A DNA stretch of 64,000 bases. Source: Adineta vaga. Lineage: Eukaryota; Animalia; Rotifera. The DNA is taken from positions 186,001-250,000 of the forward strand of contig CP075496.1 in NCBI GenBank assembly GCA_021613535.1, given 5' to 3'. The notes under the pieces were generated by a model. It ran no database searches. It was not told the origin of the DNA and saw nothing but the letters and a program-made list of their open reading frames with translations. The translations under genes and the position numbers were made by a program. This document shows positions 50,126 to 63,300 of this stretch, piece after piece (position 1 is the first letter of the stretch; every line of letters begins with the position of its first letter).

Positions 50126-53100
50126 TCATTCTAAAGAAAATCCTGAACAACGTGATTCAATTTCTCCACCATCCAACCAACATTCATTACAAATAAATAA
50201 TGGTAAAGGATCTTTTCCTGCTGTTAATGAATCTCCTGTTGGAATTGGTTGAATTTTTTTACAAAATCTACATTGAAAATTTTGTGAATAATCATTTGTA
50301 CCATGTTTTTGACAAAGACGTGCTTGACGTTTGTCAAGAGATATTTCATTTGAATTCACTGATGGAATATGTTTCGAACAAATAATACATGGACTTTTTT
50401 GTATCATAAATGGATTTAATTTGAATTTTTTTGCACATATATAACATGCATAAGCACGTTGATTATCAATTGTATCAATTAAACCAAGTGAATTTGTACA
50501 ACGACGACGCTTTAAAATAAAAATAAAAATAAAAATATTCTTAATAAAATAAAAATCTATTCTTACACGTAAATAATTTTCTTTATCATGTCGAGTAACA
50601 ATAAATCCTTCTAATGAATGTAAATATGTAATAAGTTCTTGATATAAATGTCCTTGTTCATAATGATATAATACACGAGATGTTCCAATATCTTTAATTG
50701 ATGAATATTTACGATAAAATTCAGCCATAAATGCATGAAGATTACATATTTCATTTTGATCCTCTTTCAAACAACGTTTTCGTAATAATTTTTCAATTGA
50801 TGAATCACGAAAAATAATATAAATACTTCCCATAATCCAAGTTGTATCAAGAAATATTTTGATATATCTTCTTAAAATAGCCCATGTCATTAGATTTACA
50901 TTTATTCGATTATTTTCATCAAGATTTCTATTTAAATAATGTTCAAGTATTTGAACGATATCTGATTCAACTAAACCAATATCAGATATAAGTAATAATT
51001 TAAAAAACTAAAAATATTAATTCTATTTTTTCTTTTGTTTTATGTAAAAGAAAATTTACCGTATCAGTTAATGATCGATTATCAATGATTTCATAAGATT
51101 CATCTAAGAGAAAATGAAGTAAATCATCTAATGTTGATGGATAAGTTTTAATTCGTTTGGTAACAAGAGAATAATCACCAAATTGACGAAGATTTTCACA
51201 AACATAAGATAAATAAATTGGATGTTCACCACCTTTATTATCGACAAGAAGTGATTTTTGTTCTGTTTCAAGAATCTATAAAAAATAAAAAATAAAATTT
51301 CTATTTTCTTTTAAATTTACTTTATTAAAACTGTGAAAAAACATATCAATATATAAACTCCGTTGTTGATTTGTTAATAATTTCAATTCTAATTCATAAT
51401 GTAAATAATTACGTATTGTTTCATGTAAATTTGAATGTAATTCTGTACTAATTATAATATATGTATGATTACTAAGTAATGATGAAAGCCAAAGAAAAGG
51501 AAATTCATGATTATAATTTCGTTTATGATGTAAATCAGCCTATAAGAATTTATATTTTTCTTAAAAAATTTATTTATTTTTCATTTTCAATTATACTTTT
51601 TCTAATCCATCAACAATAATAATAATTGGTATTGATATAGCAGCAATAGCATCTTGAAGAAATGTCTCATCAGCAAATTGAAATTTTTCATTTGTTTTTG
51701 GTGATTTTATATCATTATCATCTAAATAATAATAATAAAAAAGAATAAATAGATTTTTCTTTTTTTTTTAATTTTTTTTTACTAAGATATTTTAAAAGTT
51801 TTAATTGTAAATTATTTAATATGAAATGTGTTCCATCTTCAAATGCTCCTTCAGAAAAATAATAATAAATAATAGCATTGTCTTTCATTTTTTCCTAAAA
51901 TAATATTAATTTAAAAAAAATAAAAAAATTCTTTTTTTAAAAATAATTTACTTGAATATCTAAAACAAATTTTGCAAGTAACATTGTTTTTCCATCACCT
52001 ATTTGACTTGATAAAGCCAATAAAGGTTGATTATTTATTTGATTTAATTTTCCATTAATTAATGTCAAATCTTTCTGATCATCAGTTATAAATTTCATCA
52101 GTATTTGATATTCATCAGATCGATCAATATAAAATTGTGTTTTATTAAGAAGAAATATATTCATTTGTTTATCTTCTATTAGAAATAAAACAAAATTTTA
52201 TTTCTTATCAAAAAATCCAATATTAAATCTCTAACCAATATTATTAATTGAATTATCTTGATTAAAATTCTCTGGATACCATTTACGAATAGTTTGATTT
52301 AAAAAAGATTTTGTTTGTTCTTCAAATTCTTGTAAATTATCAATTTTAACCTTTAATAAAAATTAAATTCAAATATAAACTTGAAAATATTTTTACTCTT
52401 TCACGTCCAGTTGATGAATCTAAACCATTATAAGAACAATCATAAGAAAAGATTTGTTCAGAAGACATAATATTTATTAATTGATTTTTTAATTCTTTAA
52501 CTTGTTCTTGATTTAATTGATCTTTATCACGAAATTTATCATTATATTTTTCAGGAAGATTTTTTAAAAGATTTTCAGATTTTCGTATAAGAAAAAAAGC
52601 ATTTGGATTATTTCGACGAAATGCACCATGAACAAATTCCATTAATGTTATTGATGCTCCATCAATCCAATCATATGTATCAATTATATGTTTTGGTAAA
52701 TCATTCAATTTTGGAACCCAACCATATCTAAATGAAATGAAATAAATGCGGAAAATTCGGATTTTATCCGAGAGTTATGTGTAATGCAAAAAGTGTATGA
52801 GAGAGATGGACCATTCTAGAATTTCTACGCATCAAAATTACCACAAGAAATTTTTCGATGAGCAAGATTTTTCATGTTGAGTTATGAATGAATTTTTGTA
52901 TTGGAATCTATCGGAATAACGGTCATATGCAACCTCATGAATCTATAAAAGATCTATGACAGATACACATATCAGTATTTTCATAATAGATCGTCAATAT
53001 CAATAGGTTTGGAGATTGGATTTTTCTCTGTTGATAGTCGTTCCGACTAGCTACAAAACCAAGCATTTGGGAAAATCTTAAACTACAGATCATATGAAAC

Positions 53101-53917
53101 GTATCTAGGCAATTCGGTGTTAAAATACAGTTTTTGCGCATTTTGAGACCTTTTTTAAGCATTTTTTCATTAGTAAACTACGATTTGACTCAAAACCAAT
53201 ATCAGATTCGGAATCAGCGTTAAAAACTGAGTCGATTCATACATGTTTTAAATACTTTTGAGAGAAAATGTTTTTTTCAAAAAAAATCCTGTATCCCCCC
53301 TCAGGGATGGTTAGTAGTGTACTCACTTTTTGAGTACACTAAAAGAACAAATAAATGAAACTTATCTTACTTATCACTAATAAGTCCAATAAAAAATGGT
53401 TGACCATTATCTTCTAAACATCGATCGAGTTCTTCAAGACATGCTAATATTGTTTGTTCATTTGTTGAATCTTTTGGAACCTATAAAATATTGTTTAAAA
53501 AAATCTTTAAAAAGAATTTATGATATTTACACCCCATCGAAGATCACAATCAATTATTTGAATACCCGATGATTTCATTTCATCACGTAATGCTGGAAAA
53601 ACTTTTTTAATAAGAACTTCACGTTCATTAAAAAAATCTGTAAATGTTGATGAAACAAAAATTCGTACAACTTTATTTGATGTTCTTTGATTTCCATGAT
53701 TATTATATAATTTTAATCTTTCTCTTGAAATATGTTCACGAAGATTAATCCAAAAATCTTTTATTTTTTCAGATTCTATATTAATATTATTTGAGGAAAT
53801 TTCTTGTTCTATTGATTGATTTGTTGATGATATTGGTGGTAGGACGGGATAACCAGGATGAACTGTAACGGGAAATTCTAATGGAATTTCTTGTTGACAA
53901 TTCGATGTGTCTGACAT
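50126..53917 (-). CDS. DUF4062 + NACHT (TEP1/NWD-like STAND NTPase) with Cys-rich C-terminus
   Basis: VRIFVSSTFTDFFNEREVL..DCDLRWGV; SITLMEF; Walker A SQIGDGKT; Walker B IIIIVDGLEK; HPIYLSYVCENLR; C-terminal CxxC clusters; multi-exon. Confidence 0.8.
52745..53341 (+). mobile_element. Putative non-autonomous Helitron-like insertion in an intron of the NACHT gene
   Basis: Intron of about 640 bp where others are about 55 bp, with different composition; ends in an 11-bp perfect hairpin TAGTGTACTCA-ctttt-TGAGTACACTA (53315-53341). Confidence 0.45.
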
Positions 53918-54369
53918 AATCAAGAAAGAAAAGAAGAAAAAAAAAACTTCATTATTCATATAGTTTTGTTGCTATAAAGCGAGAAGAAGAAAAAGAATAC
54001 CTTGGTTACATGACAAGTATTTAGCATTCTGTTTCTTTTTTTAAACGTTATTCTCGTTTTCTGAAAGAAAAGGCTATGCAGCAGTTAGAACAATAAAAGA
54101 TTAATTCTTTTTAGAATATTTTTAATACAGAATATTTCAATAAGAAAAAAAGTAGAGTATATGTTCTTCTGTGACCTTAAAAGATTCAATTTAAAACAAT
54201 AATAAATATACAAAATATTACGTTTGTTTTGTTTCTATCAAGAGACACATGATTATTCAATTTTCTCGAAACTATATATAACAGAGAAATTGAATAAAAT
54301 CAGTTCAATAAGTTATTTCATTGGTAAATTCTTCAGTATAATATTTCAATATAATCATTATACCAAAGA

Positions 54370-54475
54370 ATGACAATAAATTCTAATTGTTTATCATTAT
54401 TAATTTCAATAATTTTAATTTCATATGTCCATTCTCAACCTCAGTTAAGAAATGGAGATGGATCTGTTTTCACTC
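54370..54475 (+). CDS. Possible first exon of a small secreted peptide gene
   Basis: TATATAA upstream; MTINSNCLSLLISIILISYVHSQPQLRNGDGSVFT followed by a GTACGT donor; later exons not resolved. Confidence 0.3.
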
Positions 54476-55230
54476 GTACGTTTAGCGTCATTGAAATATC
54501 ATTAATATATGTCATATATGCTGAAGTTTATTGAATAGCTATTAAGATGCTATGGTAACTAAAACGTTTTTAATGATATTCTAAAGATTCGTTATGATAT
54601 ATACTATAGATGAATTGATATTGATTGATTACTAGTGGTATTTGATTGCATGTCCTCCGCGCTTTCATATTATTATAAATATAGATAGATATTTATTTAG
54701 AGAAAAAAAAACAAAGAATCTTATGTCCAATCGCGAACCATTACTTGAACGTTAAGAAGATTTGATAATTGATAAATATAATTTGAAATAAATCAAAAAC
54801 TTATTGTATATATAAATTATGATTTTAATCAAATAAATGAAAACACAATATTATGTATTTAATTAGTATTTTAATTGAGTAGTTATCTTTTTCAATAATT
54901 GGGATTGTAACATTTGTAAATGAAATACTTCAATATTTCCTATTTAGTTTAGTTACTGGTCGTCAATCAAACACTAAATGAGTACGTAAGAGGAAAGTTC
55001 TAATATGAATATCTTAAAGGTTTTTTTGTTAAAACTATTTCGACTGCTTAAATTCCTCAAGTAGTCAGTGGTGTCATGTATCCTGTAGATCGAGAATGCT
55101 GAAGACACCTTTACAGATGTGAAAGATGACCTATCATTTGTAATAGTTGAATTATAGAAAAGTAATTTTATTTTTTTAATGAAAAGTAATACAAAGTGCA
55201 CGAAAATGAAAGTTATAAATGCGACAATTT

Positions 55231-55484
55231 TCATAGGGCACATTTACAAGCTGAACATTGACAATCATTGCATTTACATGTTGGTCCACAGCTTGTGTTT
55301 TCGTGAGAACATGATTTACAATCACATTTGCATGAACAACTATCGTCACATTTGCAAATACCATTTTGGCATCCTGCACCACACCCACAACCATCAGCTA
55401 GATGAAAAGACAAGAAGATGAGAGATGAGAGATGAGAATGTGAGGAAAGGTGAACTTACTTTTGCATTGACATGATTTTGGCAT
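55231..55484 (-). CDS. MT: Metallothionein, copy C
   Basis: Exons 55460-55484 and 55231-55397; same protein as copy B. Confidence 0.9.
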
Positions 55485-56226
55485 GTTGATTATTTGATTG
55501 GATTTGTAAGTGATAAGAAGAGTAGGAACGAATGAATGAATGAATGAGGAGAATTGTGTGAGTATTTATATAGATAGATGAATGAATGTACAGGGGTACA
55601 TTTGATTTGTTGAATAGCACCCCCTTTTGAAAGGGGTGATATTTTACCTGTTTATCAAGATTCATTAACTATAAGCACCCCCTTGTCGATCGTTTGTTTA
55701 TTTGTGGTTAGACATGACTTTAGACCAATACGAAAAAGAGCGATGCATCTAATGTACTTTAGTCAAAACAGGTGGTGATAAGGAAAAAGAGAAACAAGGT
55801 GAAACACGTTTCAATGACGTCAAACATGAAAAAAAATGTTGACTGTAAGAGAACAAAGTGAGAAAAAATGCATCGCACGTGGTATTATTAAAAAGGAATG
55901 AAAATTTTTTGAAATTGAATTCAGTTTAAATATTAAACATTGTTATATTGAATATTGATTTTGTCAATTATTTGATTATCATTGATTAGCAGTCGGCATC
56001 TTATGTCGAAAGTGATTCATCAAAATCATTACAAAGAGAAAAAGGGGGTATTCTGACAAACAGGTAAAATATTACCCCTTTCAAAAGGGGGTGCTGTTCA
56101 ACAAATCAAATGTACCCCTGTACATTCATTCATCTATCTATATAAATACTCACACAATTCTCCTCATTCATTCATTCATTCGTTCCTACTCTTCTTATCA
56201 CTTACAAATCCAATCAAATAATCAAC

Positions 56227-56476
56227 ATGCCAAAATCATGTCAATGCAAAAGTAAGTTCACCCTTCCTTACATTCACATCTCATCTCTCATCTTCTCTCT
56301 TTCATCTAGCTGATGGTTGTGGATGTGGTGCAGGATGCCAAAATGGTATTTGCAAATGTGACGATAGTTGTTCATGCAAATGTGATTGTAAATCATGTTC
56401 TCACGAAAACACAAGCTGTGGACCAACATGTAAATGCAATGATTGTCAATGTTCAGCTTGTAAATGTGCCCTATGA
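56227..56476 (+). CDS. MT: Metallothionein, copy D
   Basis: Exons 56227-56251 and 56310-56476; same protein as copy B. Confidence 0.9.
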
Positions 56477-57359
56477 AAATTATCGCATTTATAACTTTCA
56501 TTTTCGTACACTCTGTGTTACTTTTCTGTAATCGAACTATTAAAATAGATGAAAATTAAATTCTATCTATATTAGAACACTTTTAAATTATTATAATATT
56601 ATACGATATATAAACAATACAAGAAATAAAGTCAATTATAGGATGTGAAAGATTCTTATTGATACTTATGAGCTACATTTGCATCCTTTTTGCCGCACCC
56701 ACACTCTCAAACAGTAGCATTGCAAAATGCACCCGAAAACGCAAGAACATTTATTTTCAATTATTTATTTAAAGGAATTTCAATTATAGTTAAAAGACAT
56801 TTGAAGCATATTCGTTTTTTGTTTTGAAGATAATCTATTCAGAATAATTGATCGATATATATATACCATGAAAGAATGTATATTAAACTTTTTAAATTAA
56901 CAGAGAACAATATTAAAAATAATAATTTAAAAAGTGTTTTCCTTAGAAAAAGAATTTGTATGGACAAATTCTGTTTGATATTATGGTTAAATAAATAAAA
57001 GAATATTTCTAATCTTGTTGAAATTTTTATTAATTGGCTTTACTTAAAATATTAAGCAGAGCAATGCGGTGATTAATTGATATTTTAATTGATGAACATT
57101 CTAAAAAAGAATTCTTCATGACCCACTAAACAACACAAGTTAACTTCTTTTTATGTTTTATTTTTCATTAAATTAATAAAAATTTTTTTTGCGTTTTACT
57201 TCTTGATGACGTTCATTTAATACTCTAATAATTCATTAAAAAATTTTTTTTATTTTTTCTTCAAAAGATTGTATTGAATGAGAGATGATGATATTTCTCA
57301 TCATAGATTTATTCAATAATTTTCTTTGAAAATATATTTTAGAAAATACTTTATTATAA

Positions 57360-60300
57360 ATGATGTTTCATTGGATTTATGAAAAAGGAAAGAATTACAA
57401 TCTTTTCATACGTGAAGAAAATGATTATCATGATGATGATAATGAAATAGATGATCCTGAAATAAATCTTAAACAAGAAAAGTATGCAACTTGGTTATAT
57501 GTTCTTCTTCTTTTTAGTAAGTTATAATATTTGTTAATGAAAGAACAATAATCATTATATTTTAGTATCACTCTATATTTTATTCTATCTTACTTTAATG
57601 ACATTACATTCTCAAACTATAACAATTTCTCCAATAACTCAAAATCGTTTCGAAGAACTTTATCATGATTATGGAGAGACTCTTTCATGTCCATGTTCAA
57701 CAATTAGTGTATCACACAAGAATTTTATTTCGAATAATATTAAATTTCATCCGATTTGTTCAAGTATTTTTGTTAGTAAAGAATGGATAGAAGCATTATA
57801 CTTAATCAATGCAAGTGATTATGGACCAACAGATTTTCGTGCAACAGCCAAATCTCAAGTAAATAACTAATTTTATTCTGATTTATTTTGATTTAGTTTG
57901 ATTTAGTTTCAACTTTTGGCTGATCTGTGTTCAATATCAAAGGGTACAGTTTCTCAAGCAGAGAAAGATTTCAATACTGATGAATTCATTACTATTCATC
58001 TGCTTTCTCAAGAACAAGTGCAATCGGAAGTGAATGTCGCTATGAATACAATTAAAAGCAGTATATCCACACAAATCATTTCATTTCTTAATTATATCAG
58101 AGTCTATGTTCGCGCAAATGTCATCATTTCAGCTCTTAATACTAATATAATGTTTTCAACTTACGTTCCTTACGTTCAATATCAGGTAGGTCATCATAAT
58201 CATCATCATAATCATAGTTTACACTGAATTTGAGATAATTCTATTATAGATAACTCAATATATTTATTTATCAATTACAAGCACAGTATACTCAGATATG
58301 AGTATTTATTCATCATCAGTAGATACGATGATGTGTGGTAGTCAAAATCCTATTACTCCTACAGGCTTCTTTCCCGAACGAAATACAACAAAAATTTTTG
58401 AACGCACTGCATGGGCAAACCCTGCACGAAATTCAACACTTGTCAACGGATTTTTTACGGCATGTACATCTCTTGAAGCTCTTCTACCAAGTCAATTCGA
58501 TTGTCTATACAATATTCAATGTATTCAACTATTCATCAATCATTTTCCATCACTTGATCATGTTTGTAGAAGTCAATACTCATTCATTATTGTCTCTCTC
58601 TCTCTATTTTTAGTTCAATATTAATTGGACTAATTCAACTTTGCCTTCAGAACAATCAAATATGACAGTTTATAAACGTTTTTTTGATCTTTTCATTGAA
58701 GATTGGTCAACAAAAGTAAATTATTTAAAATATTTCAATGAATGTTCACCATTATCATGTTCATATACAATAACAGATCAAAGAGATATTTCCTATGCAT
58801 TAACAACGTTCATTAGTTTGTATGGTGGTCTCATTATTATATTTCGTTTGATTGCACCGATGTTAATCAAATTTTTTTGGAAATTAAAAAATTGTTTAAC
58901 GCACAGAAATGTTCATATTGGTATGTATTTTGAAAATGAAAGAAGATGGATTTATTTTAGATTTGATTTTGTAGTATTTCAAAATGTACACCCAAAGAAA
59001 TTTGTGAAATCATTGAAACAACTGAACTTATTCAAAAATATTGAAAAACGATCTGAAGAAGACATCAAACATCAAAGAATGATAACTCGTATTTATTTAT
59101 TGTTATTAGCAGGTATGATTGAGATATAGATAAATTAATATAGAAATCATTTCTATTTATTGATTAGGTTCATTCTTAATTCTTCTTCTTTTCACTTCTC
59201 TGGAAACTGAAATAATTACAATAACTGAATCAAATCCATCATTTACAACTTATAATTATTTACAAAAATCCTATTCAAATACACTTCGATGTCCATGTTC
59301 AATGACAACAATACCTTATAAAGAACTGATGACATTATCACCAACTTTACATCAAATATGTTCAAGTGATTTTATTACAGATCAATGGATTCAAATATTA
59401 CAGAAAGCCTTTGATTTCAATGTTGAAGATTGGCGAAATCGAGCTTATTCACAATTTCAACTTTTATCTAATCTTTGTAAATTGGCTAAAAATACAATTG
59501 ATGATGCTGTACAACGTTTTCGTCTCCAATCTTTATTTGTTTCAAGTATTTTATCTGAATCTGAATATAATACACAAATAAATACAACACTCGATCAATT
59601 TTTTCAATCTACAATTCGTTCTTTCGCTTCACTTATTAATATAACAAGTCTTCTTACACAAGTTGATCAATACTATATGGTAGCAACAAAACCGGAATGG
59701 ACTGCTTATCTAGAAGATTTTTTAAAACCAAAAATTTCAACAAATAATCAATCACTTGAGGTATGTTTCCAAAGACAAAGCACGATATTGAATAAGATTT
59801 ATGTATTGACAATTCTGAAGAAAAAAAGAAATATAGAAAAATAATCATCGAATAGATTCGTATGTGTAAGATTAATTTGAAGTTTATGTTTTTCAGTATT
59901 GATTTCATTATGATTATAACGTGTCATAAGAACATTGATTCGATTTTGAACACCATTCATTCATAGAACTTGAAGCTTGTTGATGTATGACACCTGTATT
60001 GTAATATTAATGTTAATTTTCATTGTGCTTGATTTAATTCTGATTTTAAAGAGAAAAATGATAGATAATTTTGAAATATAAACGTTTACGTTCATGTACT
60101 TAGTGAGGAAGTAGAACATGTGTAAGAGTTTCTGATCAAAAATTTGCTTTGATAATTTCTTTATCGTAGATTTTTTCTCTTGGTACTATTTCGTTTGCCA
60201 TACGTTTCTTGAGAATTTTTCGAATTTGTTTGACCTTCAGATTTTCGCGCTCGAGTAGATGGTATTATTCACCAGTGGTCTGAAGAAAATGAACTGTATA

Positions 60301-63300
60301 TAAGTTTGTCGTTTTCTCTTTATTCAATTTGAATACGAAACCATTGTGAACCAATTAATAAATAAATGATACGAAATTCGTATTGACGGACATTGCACAA
60401 CCGAAAAATTCATAACTAAAAATGAAGAAGATATATTGGAATACCGAGAAGTGAACGATATATACATATATAAGACATAAAAGGATACCTCGATTTTTTC
60501 TTTGTTTCTTTATAATCGGAATCTATTCAATATTCTACAATATTCTTGCATCACGCAGCTATTTGAGAAGAAGTTTCAGCTAATCAACAAAACTGAAGAA
60601 AATCAACGTTGGTGAATAGCGATATCTTTCTACGTTCGATATTTTTTCTTTCGGCCTTTTCATAGTAAACCGTGCTAACAGTTTTTTTTTCTTCAGGTAA
60701 TTTTTAATTCACGTGGAATTCGTTATGTAAATTTATCATCAGTTAACTGTATTTGTGTAACCATTTCTTCTTGTCAAACTCCAGTTGCTATCTATGAAAT
60801 GGATAATATTTGGAATGATCGTATTTCTACATATATCCTATATATTGTGCCAGGCGCCATCGCAAGTTGTTCAACGTTTAGTTCTCTTATGTTTTCACAA
60901 TTATTATGTCTTTATTCACATACTGAGTTTTCCCATTCTAATGGGTTATACAAAAAGTAGTTATTATCAAAATCTTGAGAATCCCACATGGTTTGATCCA
61001 CGTCCTCTCGTCTATGATGCAAAATTAAGTCGGTTTCCTCCAAATACATTAGTTTCAAGAATAGTCAGAGCAAATTATGCTTGAACAATGGAATCCATCC
61101 TATTCATATAAACATTTTTATGATTTATGTGCACCAAATTATTGTACTTATTCTGAAAGAGTACGTGCGCGATCGATTACTGAAGTCACCATAACATTTA
61201 TATCTGTGATTGGTGGTCTAGCTTTTGCCCTAGGTTTAATCACACCACTATTCATCAGATTTATTGGTAAATTCTTACAAACTTGTATAAAAAGACGACA
61301 ACAACGATTAGGTAAGTGAACAGTAAGAAATATTTTATCTATTTTTGTTTTTCGTTCAAAGTTCGTAGGGGTAATTTCAATCAGTGGAAAAGAATTGCTA
61401 AAAATTTCATCTCAACGGGTTATAACACTTTAATCAACGTAAATATATTCTCAATACGCGATCTTGGAAGTGATATCGATCGAAATACTGCTAAACATCT
61501 TGGTAAATGGGCAACACGTCTTTACATTGTACTATTTATTACTGGTCTCACTGTTCTTACTTTTTACACTATGTTTTTATCTCAAACAATCACAAAAACT
61601 TTCAATAAACCAACATTCAATTCATATAAACAACTCAAACAAGAATATGGAGATCAATTGAAATGTTCATGTTCAGTAATTGCATTCAAATATAATGGAT
61701 TTACTCAAATCAAACCAGTATTTCATCCTATTTGTACAAGTTCATTTATAACAGATCAATGGCGAACTGATGTAACAAGTCGTCTCAATGATAATCTTGC
61801 GAGTTATGATCGAAAAGATTATCGTCGTTTTCTTTCTGCTCACTTACAATATCTTCAAGGATTATGTCAAATATCTTCTCAATCAATTGAGAATTCCATT
61901 AAACAATTTCTTACTTCATTATTTGTCACAACTGAAATGTTGTCAAATGATGATTTTCAAACACGTCTCAATTTTTTAATTCAACAAAAGAAATCATCTG
62001 CTCTAAATGCTTTTACTTATCTTTTCTTATTGATGCGAAGTATCAGTCATGAAAATGCATATATATCAACTTATGGAACAAATTATGAATATATTTCTCC
62101 TTGGTTTTGGACCACAACTTATTATCCTTATATTCCTAGTAGAGCAATCATCTATGACAATAATTGTTCCTGTGGAATGTATTCAAATTGCACTACTCAA
62201 GCTATTTTCATTGGACAACATGTGAAAGGTTTGAAAATGGGATGTACACCAAGTGAATCTTTACGTTTATCGACTCTCGAATGTTTTTATGATCAATCAT
62301 GTATTAATTTGATCAATCCATTGAACTCTTCTATTCCTCTTTCAATGACAATGAGTCGATTCTTAATGAATACCACTGTGAATGAACTTATGAATGAACT
62401 CTTTGTTGAACAATGGATATCATCAGTCAATTATTCATTATATTATGAACAATGTTTACCATTGTTATGTACTTATACTTATAATGAACAATTTAATGTA
62501 CTTTATTTAGTAACAGTGTTGATTGGTCTTCAAGGTGGTTTAGCAATTGTTCTCAATTGGATTTGTCCAAAATTAGTTCGAATCATAGCAAAATTACATC
62601 AAACTCGAAAGAAACGGACGAATAATGTTCAACCTAGTTCATCTGCTCCATCGAAAAATGTTCAAATCAGTAGTATTCGAATTAATAACTCTGGCAGTAA
62701 TGTGTCAACATTACCAAATGTTGCATCCGAGTATGACTTCATTCTTTTCTCAATAATGTATGATGATTTTTGTTTTAGAAGAGTAACGGGATTACGTTGG
62801 AAAATCATTTTAACATGTTTAGTGCTGCTGATGATCGCAGCAGGTCTAATTGTAATTTCAATTTATATAATTCAACAAAGAAAGAATAATACTATTTCAA
62901 CAAGTATAAGATATTTTTCTTATGAATTATTTGTAAAATCCTTTGTTTTTAGCATTTGCATCAACTACAACAGTCAGTATTATGACAAGTACAATAGTTA
63001 CGAGTACAACAACAACATCTACAACAACACATGGTAATTATTTCTTAGGATAGATAATAAATACTATTTTCGTTTATTTATAGTATCTATTTGTCAATTG
63101 AAATTTCAATTAACAATTAATTATAGAACTGGTTCTACTGCTGGTCTTCAAGTCACCTGTCATTGGTGATTTCAATGGTGATCATTTACTTGACATTGCA
63201 TTTTTTAATTATTATACAAAAAGTATTCATGTTCTCATTGGTGATGGAAATGGAAATTATACTACAGAAATGAAAACATTAGTAGGAACATTTACTACTT

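Noticed and set aside
50126-53917. Calling the NACHT gene TEP1 and linking it to the telomere-like repeats
   Set aside because: It lacks TROVE and WD40 domains; DUF4062-NACHT is a broad family, so no link is supported
46865-56531. Repeated MVVDVVQDAK, MKVINAT and MNLDKQ ORFs
   Set aside because: Alternative-frame or antisense readings of the four MT genes and their promoters
280-56710. CRISPR array or bacterial REP interpretation of the repeated palindromes
   Set aside because: Eukaryotic context, copies kilobases apart, variable arm lengths, no cas or RAYT genes
59761-60697. Oversized intron as a transposon
   Set aside because: No TIR, TSD or recognisable coding motif found
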